A stretch of DNA of 64,000 nucleotides from positions 372,961-436,960 of the forward strand of contig JAQGDQ010000102.1 of assembly GCA_030141605.1 (NCBI GenBank), in the 5' to 3' direction. Shown in pieces: positions 50,133 to 64,000 of this stretch (its first letter is position 1; every line of letters begins with the position of its first letter). The stretch is from Tubiluchus corallicola (lineage: Eukaryota > Animalia > Priapulida). The notes under the pieces are model-generated. The model had not been told where the DNA came from and did no database searches. It saw only the letters and a program-made list of their open reading frames with translations. Made by a program: the position numbers and the translations under genes.

Positions 50133-51251
50133 GTAAGCACACACCTAGTACTAGTAGTAGTATTCTTTTGAAGGGTGAGTCTGTGACTCATCACATAAGT
50201 ATTCGACTTTGGTATATAATTAATATAACGTCTACTACCATTGATTTTGCAAATGTTGACTTTCATTTGTTGGTGCATGTGGCTTGTGAGCCTGTTTTTG
50301 CGGTGCTGTGCAGTAACTCATTATGGTACAGTAAAAAGCAGACATATGCTCATTCTATATAGGATGTGTTCCTATATCTCTGACCATAATGCAAGACTTG
50401 AAGACATTTATTTCATTCGAAGTAGAAATAAAGAATTTTCAATTTCTAATATCTTTGGTTTGAATTGGTAGTTCTAAGACCTGAAAATAGATTTTGGTTA
50501 TCTTTTGATTTCCAAAGTGTAGAAGGGCCGTCCCAAGTTCAGGCAAAAATTTTAATGTTGCAACTGATAATACCTGCACACATCAAGTTTAAAAAATATT
50601 TGGAATTTGAAAATAATGAGAAGAATCCTTTAGTATATGTCAAGTGGTTAGTCCCTGAGGAAGAAAGGCTGTTAAAAAATAAATGGGCATCCATTGGGTC
50701 TGCCTATAATATTACAGGTTTCAGAGTCTGAGCCTTTTAAAATAAGTGAATATTTGTACTACGAAAAAAGCACAAATTTGTTTGATCAACTGCAAATACT
50801 GAGCAACTGGAGTTATCAAGTTTAAGAATGCAAAAGAAGTTCAAAGATTTAGCCAAATATGGAATTCAGCATTGGTCATTTCAAAAGTGAACATGCTTTG
50901 CAAATACTCACAACCAGCTTCAGAACCTTAAACGTATTTCATCATTTCTAGAATGTCGATACGTGTATCATTGTAAGATTATGTATACTAATTACCAATA
51001 CTAATTTTGTGTTTGTGTACATTGCAGATGCTGTTTTTACTGATATTTTACAATTAATTTATTTTGTAAGGCTGTATATTTTAATGTACAAGATAAACAA
51101 TAATAACAAACCTAACTGTTTACTTAAATTGCTCCTTGTGAGTTTAGAAACTTGAGAATTAGTATGAAAAGTGCAACAAAAATGTATATTCCGCATTAGT
51201 ACTAACCAAGCACAATCGAATGTGATTTAATTTAACATTTGTTGTGTGCAC

Positions 51252-52142
51252 TAGTGATGGGACGAATTGGAACTTTGATTCGGATCAATCCCAGTTTTAC
51301 TTTAAGTGTTTCAGATCCTCTTCGAGCTTGGCTTAAAAAAATGTGAAGCAGCCTTCGTGATTTCTGTTTACTCAGTTTAAGGAACAAATCCGTTGCCAAC
51401 TATTGCTGTAAAATTTATGTAATATCCCTTCTTACCAGTTTAATCTCTAACAAAAGTAACATTTTTACATTTTGCGATGTGTGCTATGTCATGTTGACAT
51501 CTTTATTATGATCGTGAAATTCCTTAAAAATTATGCACTGCATAAATTATTTGTAATTAAACTCAGTGCCCAGCTCGCACCAAATATTTTCAAAGTGTGA
51601 CACAATTTAGGCACAAGATTTGGATTATTATGCTTCTAAACACAAACAATACTTTAGCACCATGTGAATTTTTCAATTATTTTAGTTGAAAATGAGAAAG
51701 TTCAGTCACAAAATACTCCAAATATCCCGATTTTTTTGTATGTAGTAGCACCCACATTTTGCAAAGTAACGGCATTATTTTACAGATGGAAGTAAGTAAA
51801 AAACAAGCTGAAAGTGAACTAAGGTAATAACTAAATCTGAACTAAGAAACTACTTTTTAGCAAGGCCATTATATGAGACCGTGTTTTATATATATGTTTC
51901 AACGAAACACCCATTGCAACTAACACTACACTCATTCTAAGATGGAAACCTACCTGGACTTCAGTTAAGCAAGATTCACATTCAACTTGGTATTGGAAAT
52001 TAAGAATGAATTAAAGATTCGGTTTTTTTAACCATATATATATATATATATATGTGAGATTTCGATTCAGTTCGGTTTGGGAAATGAAACAGAAATCATC
52101 TTCGACTTCAGTTTCGAAACTTCAAGCTTCATCCCACCCCTA
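51252..52142. mobile_element. hAT-type non-autonomous element
   Basis: TAGTGATGGGA / TCCCACCCCTA ends; TTCG-rich subtermini; flanks gtgtgcac/atgtatac. Confidence 0.6.
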
Positions 52143-52553
52143 ATGTATACGTACTTTTAAACATCTGAAAACCTAAAACACCCGAGAGTTTACCTTCTTG
52201 CATTAAGCACGTGTTTTGAATTTTAAAATTTATCACTTTTGCTCCTATACTAATGCAGTATCATTAGTTCCCCGTGTATATAATTGACCTACAGCTCTGG
52301 GAGGTGGGGTGCGATGGCTTCGCCCAAGCGCACGACGTCAGCGCGCCATTGACAGTGGCTACTGAGAGTAGCTACACAATGCATACATTTGCATATAATT
52401 TTGCTGGCATTTTGAAGTTAAAAATCTTAATTAACTAGCGTTTTCAGCGAATATTATTTTGAGCGAACTCCGCATTAAAGACAAGCGAAGGCTCGTGTGT
52501 GGGAATGTGCAAAATTTGTTTTTATTTTTATTTACTTAAAATTTTGGCCTTGG

Positions 52554-52693
52554 AAATGATGTAAATTTGATGACCTGCAGAGATCCCACTGACACTTTTG
52601 GCCATGTTCAGAAACAGAAACGGATGTATGGAAATGAAAATGATGTAAATTTGATGACCTGCAGAGATCCCACTGACACTTTTGGCCATGTTC
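52554..52693. repeat. 56-bp perfect direct duplication (84-bp period)
   Basis: aaatgatgtaaatttgatgacctgcagagatcccactgacacttttggccatgttc x2. Confidence 0.9.
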
Positions 52694-53284
52694 GCCTAGC
52701 GTGTAATGCTTACAATTCATAAAATCAATAAAGACTGTTGCGCTAACTTCTTGTTTTCTTATTCACACTTATGTTACTTAGTACAACTGTCCAAGAGTAG
52801 ACTAAGACTGCTCACTACAGTTGGGTTTGTTTCAAAACATAAGCAGTATTTGGCACAGCAGTTAGGCGTGTGGTCACTGAGTGGTCATTTATTCAAATGT
52901 TCTTAATTGCTAATTTAAATATTTTTAATATATTATGACTTGTGAGTATGAGCATTTGAAGTGAAATCAGTAAATTCTAATGTTATAGTCGTTAGCCAGA
53001 GTTTTTGTTTGCAATTGCAAACTTATATTGCATTTGTGGAAATCCATTGGCTTTTCCTTTTTTAAATCGGTGTTATTTTGAGAACAAAAGTCGCATTTAT
53101 TCCTAAAATGTATGTAAAATGTTTTGTGGCACTATTCTGCTCTTTTAAACATATGTTTTTTGCCACTTCTCTTTTAAATGCCTTTTGTAACATTTTTGTA
53201 ATATTCTATATTTTTTAAATTTTGTGAAACTTCATTTAAATCACCAGGCATTGTAAACACGTGACTTTGTTTGAACTGTTGCAG

Positions 53285-53408
53285 GGCTTACTAGACAAAT
53301 ATTTGATTCCAAAAGCTACAAATGCGGAAAGTAAAGTTTTCTATCTTAAGATGAAAGGTGATTACTACAGGTATCTAGCCGAAGTCGCAACGGGAGAATC
53401 AAGGCAAG
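53285..53408 (+). CDS. YWHAZ: 14-3-3 exon 2
   Basis: gcAG|GGC...CAA G|GTAAG; [41 protein letters not shown]. Confidence 0.97.
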
Positions 53409-56199
53409 GTAAGATGCGGCGTAAAACAGCTTACGATTAAACTGGTAGCTTTTTTTAAGAGAATAGAAAAGTTGTTTTCCGGCTGACAATAAAAATATTT
53501 CTGTTTCTGTTAATTGCCCGGATAATTTTAATTATCGCACACCCAGCCAAAAATTCCATAATTTTTTTGAGCGTCATATCCTTACCTTACCTACCTTAAA
53601 AGCATATTTTTTAATTTAAACTAGAACACAATAATTCTTATAACACATTAGCTAGGTTGTAACCATGTTTCTCAGCACTCAGAATAATGACGATGCCAAT
53701 AATGACAATTGCCATGATGTGTGTGTCATCTTTGCTGAAAAGAACGGGCGATGCTTGCACCTGTTAAACTACCTGTTTAGCAGCGTGCACTTTACAAAGT
53801 TTAGACTTTAGAATGTATATTCCATTCGTAATGCTTCAATATTTTCCTCCCTCCCTACTGACATTTTTTTGTTTCATGAGGTAAGATTGGTTGCCCTCAT
53901 TTGTCAAATGTACGCTAGTATTGCTATGTACAACTTGTGGGAGAATCGGCTGTGGATCCTCGTGGATTTTCCTTTCTAAGTCAACATAGTTACAAGCCTG
54001 TTGAGATGACGCTGAGGCTTATTGGTCAGATCACTATTGCACTCGTTAGCGATGTAACAGCAAAATTAGCATAGCTTCAGAACTCCCATAACTGATGTTT
54101 AGCTTGTTCTTCAAAGATGGTGTTGCATATTGCCTGTTATCCGGGTCTCCCTCAAATCTGTTAACAGCTTTTAAAGCTGACAGATAGAGATGTGAAAATG
54201 CAAATTATACCTGATACGTACAGTAAGTCAGTATAACATACTCAGATTTCTTCACATGGGATCTGCGCTGTGACATTAGTCAAATAATTTGTCATTTCAT
54301 TCTATGACTGTGGCAATAATGATGACTTGGACAAGGACCTTTTTTCGGAGCTTTTAGTAGAAAAATGGCCACAGACTGCTGTTTAACATGTGTCAGTTTC
54401 ATTAGTTGGAAGGGAAACGATGAGCTGCCACCGAGGACTGACACGTTTTTTTGAAGCAGCCTGTTGCATTTACTCAGTATTTCTTGAAGCTTTATTGTGC
54501 TTATAACCAAATTGACTATTTCTGATTTGCACTGCAGTATGTTGCAAACAACTATAACTTTGTCAGACTAGCCACAAAAATTGTTTGTGTCTTACCTCAT
54601 GAGCTCAAAAAATGTCAGTATGAAATCAGTCTGTTTATTTCCCACTGGTTACCAGTAATGTTTTAAATTTTTTTCAATGCACCTTTTTACGCTTTATATA
54701 TCATATAGGAGGAGATGGGGTGAAATGAATAGGCTTTTTTCTACATTGTAATTTTAAGAAATGAACTTTTCTATCCTGTTAATTATTTTTATTTCAACCA
54801 AGCATTCTAAGTTTGTTTTGTTTAGTAAAGCTCCTCGGTGTAGCAACAACAGCATTCTGCTTAACTTATGCGACATTTTTTTTGAAAAAAAGGCCTGTAC
54901 CAATTCCGCCACCTCTAGGGTGAAAGAGGTAATATGTGTTTGCTGATTGCTTTACATTCATTTCAGTAATCTGTAGGTTGAAGTGGGTATAGTAGATAGT
55001 AGTAAAAAAAATCGAAAATTATTCTTACTGCAATAATTTGTATAATGTGAATCACTAATGCAAGTGGTTCAGGTTTAGTACACTGGTATCACACCATGTC
55101 TGAACTTCGTACAGTACATACGCCCCTCTAGTATTAAATGGTGTAGAAGTTCTTATCCTCAATGTTCGTCCCACGTTACCGTAGTCTCTTTTTTGTATGA
55201 TATGAACGTATGTTCTGATAATTGTGGTATAAGCGGCAACACTACTTTGCTGATTTGGTAGAAAGTAGAATACTTTTTAGCCTCCAACATGATAATCAGC
55301 ATCATACAAAATGGCAACCCTGACCGAGTGTTAGCCACTAGAAAAATGGCCGCGTCTTCCAAAACAACGAGTTTATAATAATTATTGCATTTTACGTTTT
55401 AAATTAAAAATACACTTTTATATGTCTGCATCAGGTAAGTTTCTGAATTGTCAAAAAAATATAAAATTCCGGGCCAAGATAAAAAATATGACTCAGGTGT
55501 ATAGATGGAAACAGAAGTATTTTTATTGTCGGCTTTACATGTTTGCATCAACTTTTGCTTTTTTATCAACCTGGATATTTTGTGCTCTTCAATCTTACGT
55601 AAGAGAATTATCTAAAAATATTGTGTTCATAATTATCCAACTCCCGAAGATGTTCTCCATCTTTACAAGTCAGCTTCCTGATCTTGGGGTTCTGCAGGCC
55701 CAGCTGAGCTAGTTTGACGGTTTGTTACCTTAACCCTCTCGACAGATTGCAAATTTTATCAGTCAAGTCAAGACTAATTTGCATTTGACCCAGTAGCCCC
55801 TCGTTTGTCGAAGATCTTTTGCTACATTAACTTCTTTTATTGCAGCTTAAGATGCTGCTCTTCATTGGTCCAAATGCCAACAGCTTGCGTGATGCAAATC
55901 AGCTTTTTATCAGTCATTTTCTCCCAGAATTCCTGTTAGAAAATCATTTCCTCGTTAACCACAACCTCACTGCTTTCAAGAAAAGACGTCAACAGGTACC
56001 TCTTGTCACTGACAAAGGTGAATTTTGGCCTTTTCTGGAACTGTGTTCTTGTTCTTACTTCTTATGTTTAACCGCCAATTGCCTTTGGCCTTATTGGGGT
56101 AATATTATGTAACAAAAATGTATGACAACATTTACGGGAACATTTGATATGCCTGCTGACTGGTTCTGATAAACAAGATTCCTTGAAACTTTGTTGCAG

Positions 56200-56363
56200 G
56201 TATAGTAGAAGACTCACAGAAAGCTTATCAAGACGCGTTCGACATTGCCAAGAATAAAATGCAGCCTACACATCCAATCCGGCTTGGTTTAGCACTAAAT
56301 TTCTCAGTATTTTATTATGAAATTTTGAACGCACCAGAACGTGCCTGCCATTTGGCAAAGCAG
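56200..56363 (+). CDS. YWHAZ: 14-3-3 exon 3
   Basis: gcAG|GT...CAG|GTAAAA; [55 protein letters not shown]. Confidence 0.97.
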
Positions 56364-58352
56364 GTAAAACTAACTACGTACTTGCATTTATTGTAAAGTG
56401 TAATGTCAGCCTGAAGTAACAGTCTAGGTTTATGATTGTTGGCATAATCGGTCTCCTTAAAACTTCTTCAATTCAATTAATTTCAATTTTTATTTATTGT
56501 TTTTTTTTGTGCACTATAAACAATCATTATTAATAGGTTTAATAAGTACGTCACGAAATATAATTACAAAAGTTATAAAGGTAGAGAAAGGATAGGAAGT
56601 TACCTAGTCTGCTGTTCTTTACTTAGTATAGGAAACGATCATTAGACACACAGGTGGGTATGTAAATTTGCTGTTGACGGTTTAGGAAACATCATTACAT
56701 TTAAGATTATAACACTTACTATTACTACATAATTAAGTAATCGAAAATAGGAAAAATATTACAAAATAGTGTGTTGAGAGAAATGGTATATAGTGTCAGT
56801 CTTGCTGAAACGACTAAAGAAACTAACATTTTGAGTTCAAGTAGATCATGTCTGTTGATTTAAGCCAATTTATTAGCTTATATTGATGATAGGTTCATAT
56901 TAGTGCCAGTTTGTGAAGTGGAGGTAAACCTTCTGACGAAACGTTTACATGAGTTAAGTAGTGTGAAAGTGAAAGAATGTGTCTACACACTTAGGTGGTT
57001 AAGATCTTGTGTATAAGAAACTTTGGGTCAAGGTCAAAGTGCAACTCGGAAAGGTTGCCTGAAACCAGTCTGAGATAGATCTGTGGATGAAAGCTTGAAA
57101 GGTTGTTCAAAATTCATTGGGAAAATATGCAAATCTAAGTGCGGTACATCAATTTCACAACATCCTTCATTTTTCAGCAGCCATAACTTCGGTAAATTGA
57201 CTGACTCCGTTTTTAGTATCGGCTCTTTCTTTCGACTCTTTAATCTATTTTATAAGAACCCGAAGAAGTCTATGATTAAATAACTTTTTTTATTAAAAAA
57301 AGGTGAACGGAGTAAGCTGAAAAAAGCACTCCTTGACAGCTGTTCTTAGTCTCCTCTTATATTCTGATCTGTTTATTTTTATTGTTATCTCAACTTTTTC
57401 ATTTAATTTTCTTTTTATGACTTACACTGCTTTATTCTGTAGAGAGGGGACTTTGATACATGGGAAAGAATGTTAGTTTTTATCCAAATAAAAGTGTGTC
57501 AGCCAAAATGATCTCATTTCAATGTTGACATTTAACATTTCATTGTGTTTGTAATCTAGTCTTTACAAATTTTTGTTGTATGAAATGAGATACCAATATG
57601 CAGTGATAGAGAGTGAAGCACTCTGTTCAACATATAGTTTGCACACACTATTTCATTGCTAGAACTGGACCTAGAAGCTAAATAACTCGATTTAGTAGGC
57701 TTATTAAATTTTCTTGTCAAATACACCAGGTAATAGGAGATGGTTGATGCTGTGCACCATCACTACAATAATGCCATTGAACTAATTTATGCACGTCTGT
57801 CGAAAAGTACAGTAGTGCAGTAGACAATAAAATAACTAGTAACGTACTTAGTTAACTGATTTTTCATAATTGAAATCACTTTGATTACTTTGCAAGCTAT
57901 CCTGTGATTTGCTGCAAGCTTCATTAGTTCTGGTACTTCGAGTGTGTTGAATGAGATGCACCAAAATCAGTTCATTTGTAGGGTAACAGATGGACCGGGC
58001 AGTTGTGCAACAGTGTTTATTGTTTGTATAAAATCAAGAAACCATGAAAAAAAATATGAAACTGGTGTAACAATAGTACTAAACGATCACTACTGTTTGA
58101 TTTCTAATTCGCGAACTTCAGATTCAAAGTGGAAGATTCAGTTAATGTTTCAAAAACACATGCGAGTGCGCCACCCCATTACACCCTCGGTGTTTGATTT
58201 TTTCTGGTCACATTAAGAGAAACTGACATCAAATTTCAAACACAAATTTGCAAATTGATGGGTAGAGTAAACGTGTGCTGGAGGCTTCATGTAGTCGTGA
58301 TCAAAATGTGCTTGTGTTTATTACAGGATTATTTTTAAAAGTTTTTTGGTAA

Positions 58353-58472
<120 letters not shown>

Positions 58473-59097
58473 TGAATTGATGATTTTTTTTGTGGATCAG
58501 TGGGTGGCGACTGACGAGGTTTCTTCCATACATTTGTTTGTCCTAATGTTTCTATAGTTGCAATTGATCAAAGGAAGTTTTTCTTTTAGAGATGCTTCCA
58601 ATGCAGAAGTGCACCAGCGTGTGCTTCATTTACTTGTTCATAATGAATATCGAAAATCCTGTGATCCGGCTAGGCTAGTGATAGTGAAAATGGCTGGCTA
58701 GCGATATTCAATTGACCACTTACTCTAGGGATTTGTGGGGGCGAAAAATCTTTTAAAGAAATTAGAACTCACCAGTTTTGCAAATATTAGAAGGCGTGGT
58801 TAAGTTCTCGTTGATTTACTCATTATTTATGGCTGATCATCATGAATGTCTTGCTGCCTAGTGGGTGGTCCTTTGTTTGTTTCCTTTAATAAACTCTGAT
58901 TTTCCCCTTATTGGATGTGGTCTGCATTATCTAGCATGTAATGATCATTTTGCATAGCTGCATTTTGAATTATTTATGAATCTGACTAAGCATTTATTGT
59001 AATAATTGGTTAATGGAGAATTAAGACTGTGTATGTAATGTATAAGCCACGCCTGCATTCATTCGTCAGTATTGATTATTACAAGGGTAGTGTCCAC

Positions 59098-59468
59098 TAG
59101 GGGTGAGCATTTCACCAGAAAGCAATCGAATTTGCGACTTTTCCAACTCGAATGAAACTGAATTTCAGCATTTTTGAATCTAAATTGAATTCGAATTTAG
59201 TTTTAAAGATTTTTGAATGAATATTCGAAATTACTAATAAAAAGAGGTCTTACAAAATCATGCATATTACTTGATTTTGTTCTGCAGTAAAAACACTAAT
59301 AATTAGTTTGAAAATCGTGTCATAATTAAATGTTTCAAACATTTTAATGATAAAGAACATATGTGGTTGAAGTGCTGAGTTTTTTTAATCTATAATTTTA
59401 GGTTTGAATCGAATGTGAACTAAAAAAACTCGTTCACATTGAATTCGAACATTCGATGCTCACCCCTA
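59098..59468. mobile_element. hAT-type MITE, inverted relative of 29327-29735
   Basis: TIRs TAGGGGTGAGCAT / ATGCTCACCCCTA; internal gtggttgaagtgctga matches the reverse complement of tcagcacttcaaccac. Confidence 0.8.
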
Positions 59469-59702
59469 GTGCCCGTGTGATGCAGAGATTTTGCGGGCAA
59501 CAAGTACTGATCATAATGTAGTATAAATTAAGAAAAGCCTTTTTTGTTGTTTGAGACATTTTTAATTCACTGTGATATAAGAAAATGGTATTTGCCGTCT
59601 GATTTGATCTATGGCTCTTTTTAGAGAATGATTCTTCATGTTTAATTCGGTTTGACAAGTTAATAATTGGGTTGTTTTACACAATTCTTTGTATTTTTTC
59701 AG

Positions 59703-59762
59703 TTGTGGACATCGGACGCAGCGGGAGAAGGTGACGAAGGAGGGGACGGAGGGGATAACTGA
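59703..59762 (+). CDS. YWHAZ: 14-3-3 exon 5 (stop); full protein 251 aa
   Basis: ttttttcAG|TTG; LWTSDAAGEGDEGGDGGDN*. Confidence 0.96.
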   Translation: MWTSDAAGEGDEGGDGGDN

Positions 59763-62700
59763 GACTAACTTAAAATAAAGACTATGCCACTGTTTTCAAT
59801 CGTATAATTTACCATCTTGTGTTATAATGGCTCAAAATGAGCTTTGAATATTATACAACATAATCATCGTCTTCTAGCGTCGTGTCTAGTTTACCTATCT
59901 TCAATATCCGGTACGTGTGTCTGGAAACCCGCTGCAGAGAGAATTTCGGCTGGACTGTAGTGACACCTATCGAGCTGATGAGAAAGTTTCCGCGTCTCTG
60001 CTACATTCGCCTTGTAATCATTGTGTTAGCTGTCAACGCATTCGAGGATGACAGCCTCCCGGATGCTCTTTCCGAAAATTTTGATATAAATACATCTTGC
60101 AAAGTGTGACGTTAGCTTTGTGACGTCACGCTTAAGTTAAGGTGGCTTTATTTTTTCTTAACTATTTCTTATCCTTTACCTGTAACATGAACTGTTTTGT
60201 TTCTAGGGCGAATGACGTACATTTATTTTTTTCATTTGAGTTATTTATGGACGGTTTTACCTCGTCATTAATGGAGACTAGTTGTTTTTCCCGTGCTGCT
60301 GTAGTAGGTAACCTAGTGTGTCGTGGTAGTAACCCTTTAATGCCATTGTTACAAACGATCGTTTTTTGTTACCGTTCGTTTATATGCATATCTGTTAGCG
60401 TCGGAAGCAGCTCTCCGTTGTCTAGAAGTATTGTTTGGCAAGTTGTCATATAAATGTAAGAATCGTTTGCTATTTATAATGTAGTTTTTCTTTTAATGTT
60501 CGCTTTTAGAATCAAGTTGATGTAGAAGTAAATCATTGTGGCTATCCTGTGAGCAGAGCAGAATTCAAATTTCGAATAGTTTATGTTTTTAATCATCCGT
60601 TTCGGGATTGGTTCGAACTTTCGTAACTGGAACAAATACAGCGTTTTTCGATGCAAGTTTTAAAGCTTTGCGCTAAAAATTATTTCACTTAACCTCATTC
60701 TTTCTTTCTCGGTACTCGGAAAAATGCATTTTGAAATAAGCACGTATTATTCTGAAGGCAAACAATGTTAAAATGTCAATTATTTGGTTATACAGAGCTC
60801 ACATCATCAGCATGCTACGCTTGTTAAGTGTAGTGTTTTGGTGATAATGTTTTAGACCAACCTGTAGGTGAAAAATACTGGCTTTGCTCATTTGTAACAA
60901 TTAAACTGTTGCACGGTTTCTAAAGTAAAATCTGTTGTGATTGATCCATGTGTAAATGTATGTAGTAATTTAGAAGTTTTTTGTAGAAGCTGTAACATAC
61001 TGTGGAATACTCTATCTATAGACATTCATTGCTTTTGTACAGTGTAAAATTTTGGGATAAAACCTCGGCTTTAAAGGGTTATAAAGCCATAACGCATTTA
61101 AAATTTCTCGCTTGTCCCATCCCAGGTTGTGCGTCGATGTGTAAGTTAGCCGAGAAAATCCGTTGCTTGCGACTCTTTATAGATAGTGCGGCTTGCAATC
61201 TGTTAGTAGCTAATGTTGAAATTTTAGGCTTCGTGTACTAATGCCACGCAGTGATTTTCTTAAATTATCTATTGATTATTGTCTACGGCTATCAGACGAG
61301 GCATTGCATGAGCTAAACCAGTTTCCGGCACATGCCTATATTTGCAATGTTACGTTGTGATGTAGACTAAATATTTGAAATAGCCCCCTTCACAACATCT
61401 CCTGGGGGGATAAAACAGTTAGCAATTTGTCATCGTAGTTTTTGTACTCTTCCTTTTTTTCTCTAAAACTCGATCATCATTGGTAACAATTATAGCAGCA
61501 TCTGTACTTTTAAAAACATAAATATACAAGCCATCGGCCGTTGTTTCCGAAGTCTTTGAGAATTCTTTTTGTTTGTAAAGTTTATACCAATTTACACCGA
61601 CTGATTCAGTGCACAGAACATACTTCAATGAATTTACCAGTTTGAGTCTACTGGTAAACCATCTGCATCATTGGAAAACGAAAAGGCAGTCAGACCTCTT
61701 AGTACAGCCTTATACTTTGGGACTGCAAAAACTTGGCGCTGTTGCGAGTTTGGCATTATAACGTGGCGCGTTCATACATGCATATATGTGTAATTAATAT
61801 ATATACACCATGCAAACAGAAGTGTTTTGTTTTGCTAAAAATTTGGGCATTCAGCAAGGTTGACATTATAACGAGACTTGCCTGTGAAACATTCATCAAC
61901 CCATGTTTTTAAAAAATTGTAAAATAAGGTGTTTTGGCATGCAGTGAAACCCTTCCACGATGATATAAATATTTTTGGAACAGCATTTATTATACTCCTA
62001 CTTGCATTTTCCAAATTACACAATGCAACAGCACTTGCATTTCTAAAGAAACAGCACAATGCATTCATTTAGGTTTCCAATGTGCTTAGATATTTTCGCT
62101 CATTCTCAACAGTGAAGACAAACATATTCAATTTCATGAAATAAAATGCTTTTGTTTACGTGAGTGAGTGTGTGGTTTTGTACTTCCAAAAGTATGCCAC
62201 ATTTCCAGTGATGTCCAACCATTCAGAACTACATTCAATGTTCATAAAACATTATTCATAGAACTACTTTCATAAAACAAATACTTCTGATATTGTACAT
62301 GTTTTCACTTGCATTTGCAAAGGTGTAAACGAACATTTACAGATACACAATTGAATATACAAATTTGAATGTTAAATTTTTTACCTCATGTTTCCAAGGC
62401 AGCAACTATTTCAAATTATCTTGCAGTCCACACAACGATTAGTACGGCTTGGGGGGGAAATAAAGGGTCACTGCATAAGTCTGCTTCTTGACCGAAGTTA
62501 CGCAATACTGAGGCTTGTCGTGGAATGGTTTGTGACGGCGTTGGTTCGATGCTCATTCCGGGCAGGATGCATTTGCCGAATCACCGTAATCATTCTGAGT
62601 GCTACTCCACACAGGGGAGAGGATGTATTCCGTCTTGGAGCGTTAGCCTTGATAATGAGCTAGGTTCAGCTCTCGCCTCACACATCAATGCTAGTTAGGT

Positions 62701-62969
62701 AGGACTCGTCGCTGAATACTGGATTAATGTGCTCTTTGTTATCCAGAGCTTTTTAGAATTAAATGAACAAAGACATAGCTATTTCCCTACCTCGATGGTG
62801 GTGTGTTCAGAAAAACTGAGACATCTGTTCAGCGCAGTTGTCGCAGGCCATTTCAAGATTGAAAGTATCGGACTCGCACCGTCGCGGTTTACGTCGAAAC
62901 TTATTTCTGCCATTAAGCATATTTGGCACTCCGTATAATGAATGGATATACGTAGACCTCAAAAGAAAG

Positions 62970-63208
62970 CACACTGCTGCTGGGTGTAGAAGGCTAAAAC
63001 TGTTTGGAGAATGATCCTCATATTAATTTACTGAATTACTTGTACACAGGTCATTTTTGTTTTGGTGGTCAAAAACTAAATCTTAAGTCATATGGATACA
63101 CTAGCACAAGAGAAAACACACTGCTTCTAGGGGTAGAAAGTTAAAACTGTTTGGAGAATAATCCCTATATTAGTTTACTGAATTACTTGTACACAGGTAA
63201 TTTTTGTT
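62970..63208. repeat. About 90-bp direct duplication (period about 148 bp)
   Basis: taaaactgtttggagaat...tttactgaattacttgtacacaggt x2. Confidence 0.85.
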
Positions 63209-64000
63209 CAGGAGAGCAGTTCAGGAACTAAATCATTAACTCAAGTCTGTTAAGTATTGCAAACACTCTTGTCATGTTCCAGGGTCAAGGTTTTCTTTCA
63301 GTAAATCATTGCATAACTTTTTAAAGAGCAAATGACTGCAAGAAAATTATTTGGAACAATGGTAAACGACAAAATGTATAATAAAGTTCATATTTTATTT
63401 AATAAATATTATAAGAATCTCCTCTGTCTGCAGCAGTGATTAGTAACAAATTATGCTAGAATAATAGCTCAACATTTAAAATTATCTCCAAAACTACAAA
63501 AAGCAGATTGTGAAGCATGGCAAGTGATATACTTGAAAAAGTGGCTAAAATATTTTTATACGACTTATTTGGTGCTGCATTGGACTTCAAAAGAGTGCCT
63601 CTGCTGACAACATTCTTCTTGCTATTTAAAGGAAAACTGGAGAATTGATTAGACTCAATCTCAATTTAATTTATTGTCCAAAATATACATTTTCCTGCCT
63701 ATAAAAGTTAACAATTTTTTCTTATATTTGAATAATTAGCTTGAAAAGCTATCGCTTTCGTCACAAATTAACCCAATTTGTGCAATGGTAGGCATCTTCC
63801 CTGTGCGTTAAGCACGTTTGAGTAGGAGAAGATTGCTATAAGACGTTGATGTGATATTACGATAATGGGCTGTACATCACAGACAGACACTGCAGTTCAT
63901 GATCATGCTTATCCCATTACTGTGCCTGTTTGTTGACCATGCGAATGTGACAAAAAGGCGCCATTGCCAGTATTGGTGCATTTGTTGAGCGTACACCCCT

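Noticed and set aside
49787-50278. 163-aa antisense ORF over 14-3-3 exon 1
   Set aside because: Shadow frame of the sense coding exon.
58476-58516. C/D box snoRNA (TGATGA...CTGA)
   Set aside because: Only about 36 nt between boxes, no terminal stem; too short.
59974-60000. Hammerhead ribozyme core CTGATGAG in the 14-3-3 3' UTR
   Set aside because: No GAAA after a closable stem II, and no stem I/III pairing.

Overview
AT-rich, intron-rich invertebrate animal genomic DNA (not prokaryotic). Four plus-strand genes can be reconstructed from splice sites and translation. (1) The 3' part of an A1CF/RBM47/RBM46-family RNA-binding protein gene (RRM3, RGG linker, C-terminal dsRBD-like domain; 1473-19078), with a probable Rbfox-controlled cassette exon and two alternative C-termini. 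(2) A 5-exon p24-gamma/TMED cargo receptor (26250-35518) with a probable GC-AG last intron. (3) A GOSR2/membrin SNARE with an intronless CDS (37641-38282). (4) A 5-exon 14-3-3 zeta-type gene (49821-59762). Introns and spacers hold many hAT-type MITEs (several with perfect 8-bp TSDs), a Tc1/mariner-type element, tRNA-derived SINEs and mini/microsatellites. Most notable: a cassette exon that appears to swap the first residues of the dsRBD; a ~430-bp inverted copy of the GOSR2 promoter/5' exon inside the TMED intron; and an orphan minus-strand 86-aa ORF shaped like a secreted prepropeptide. All calls were made by eye without database searches, and repeat boundaries are approximate.
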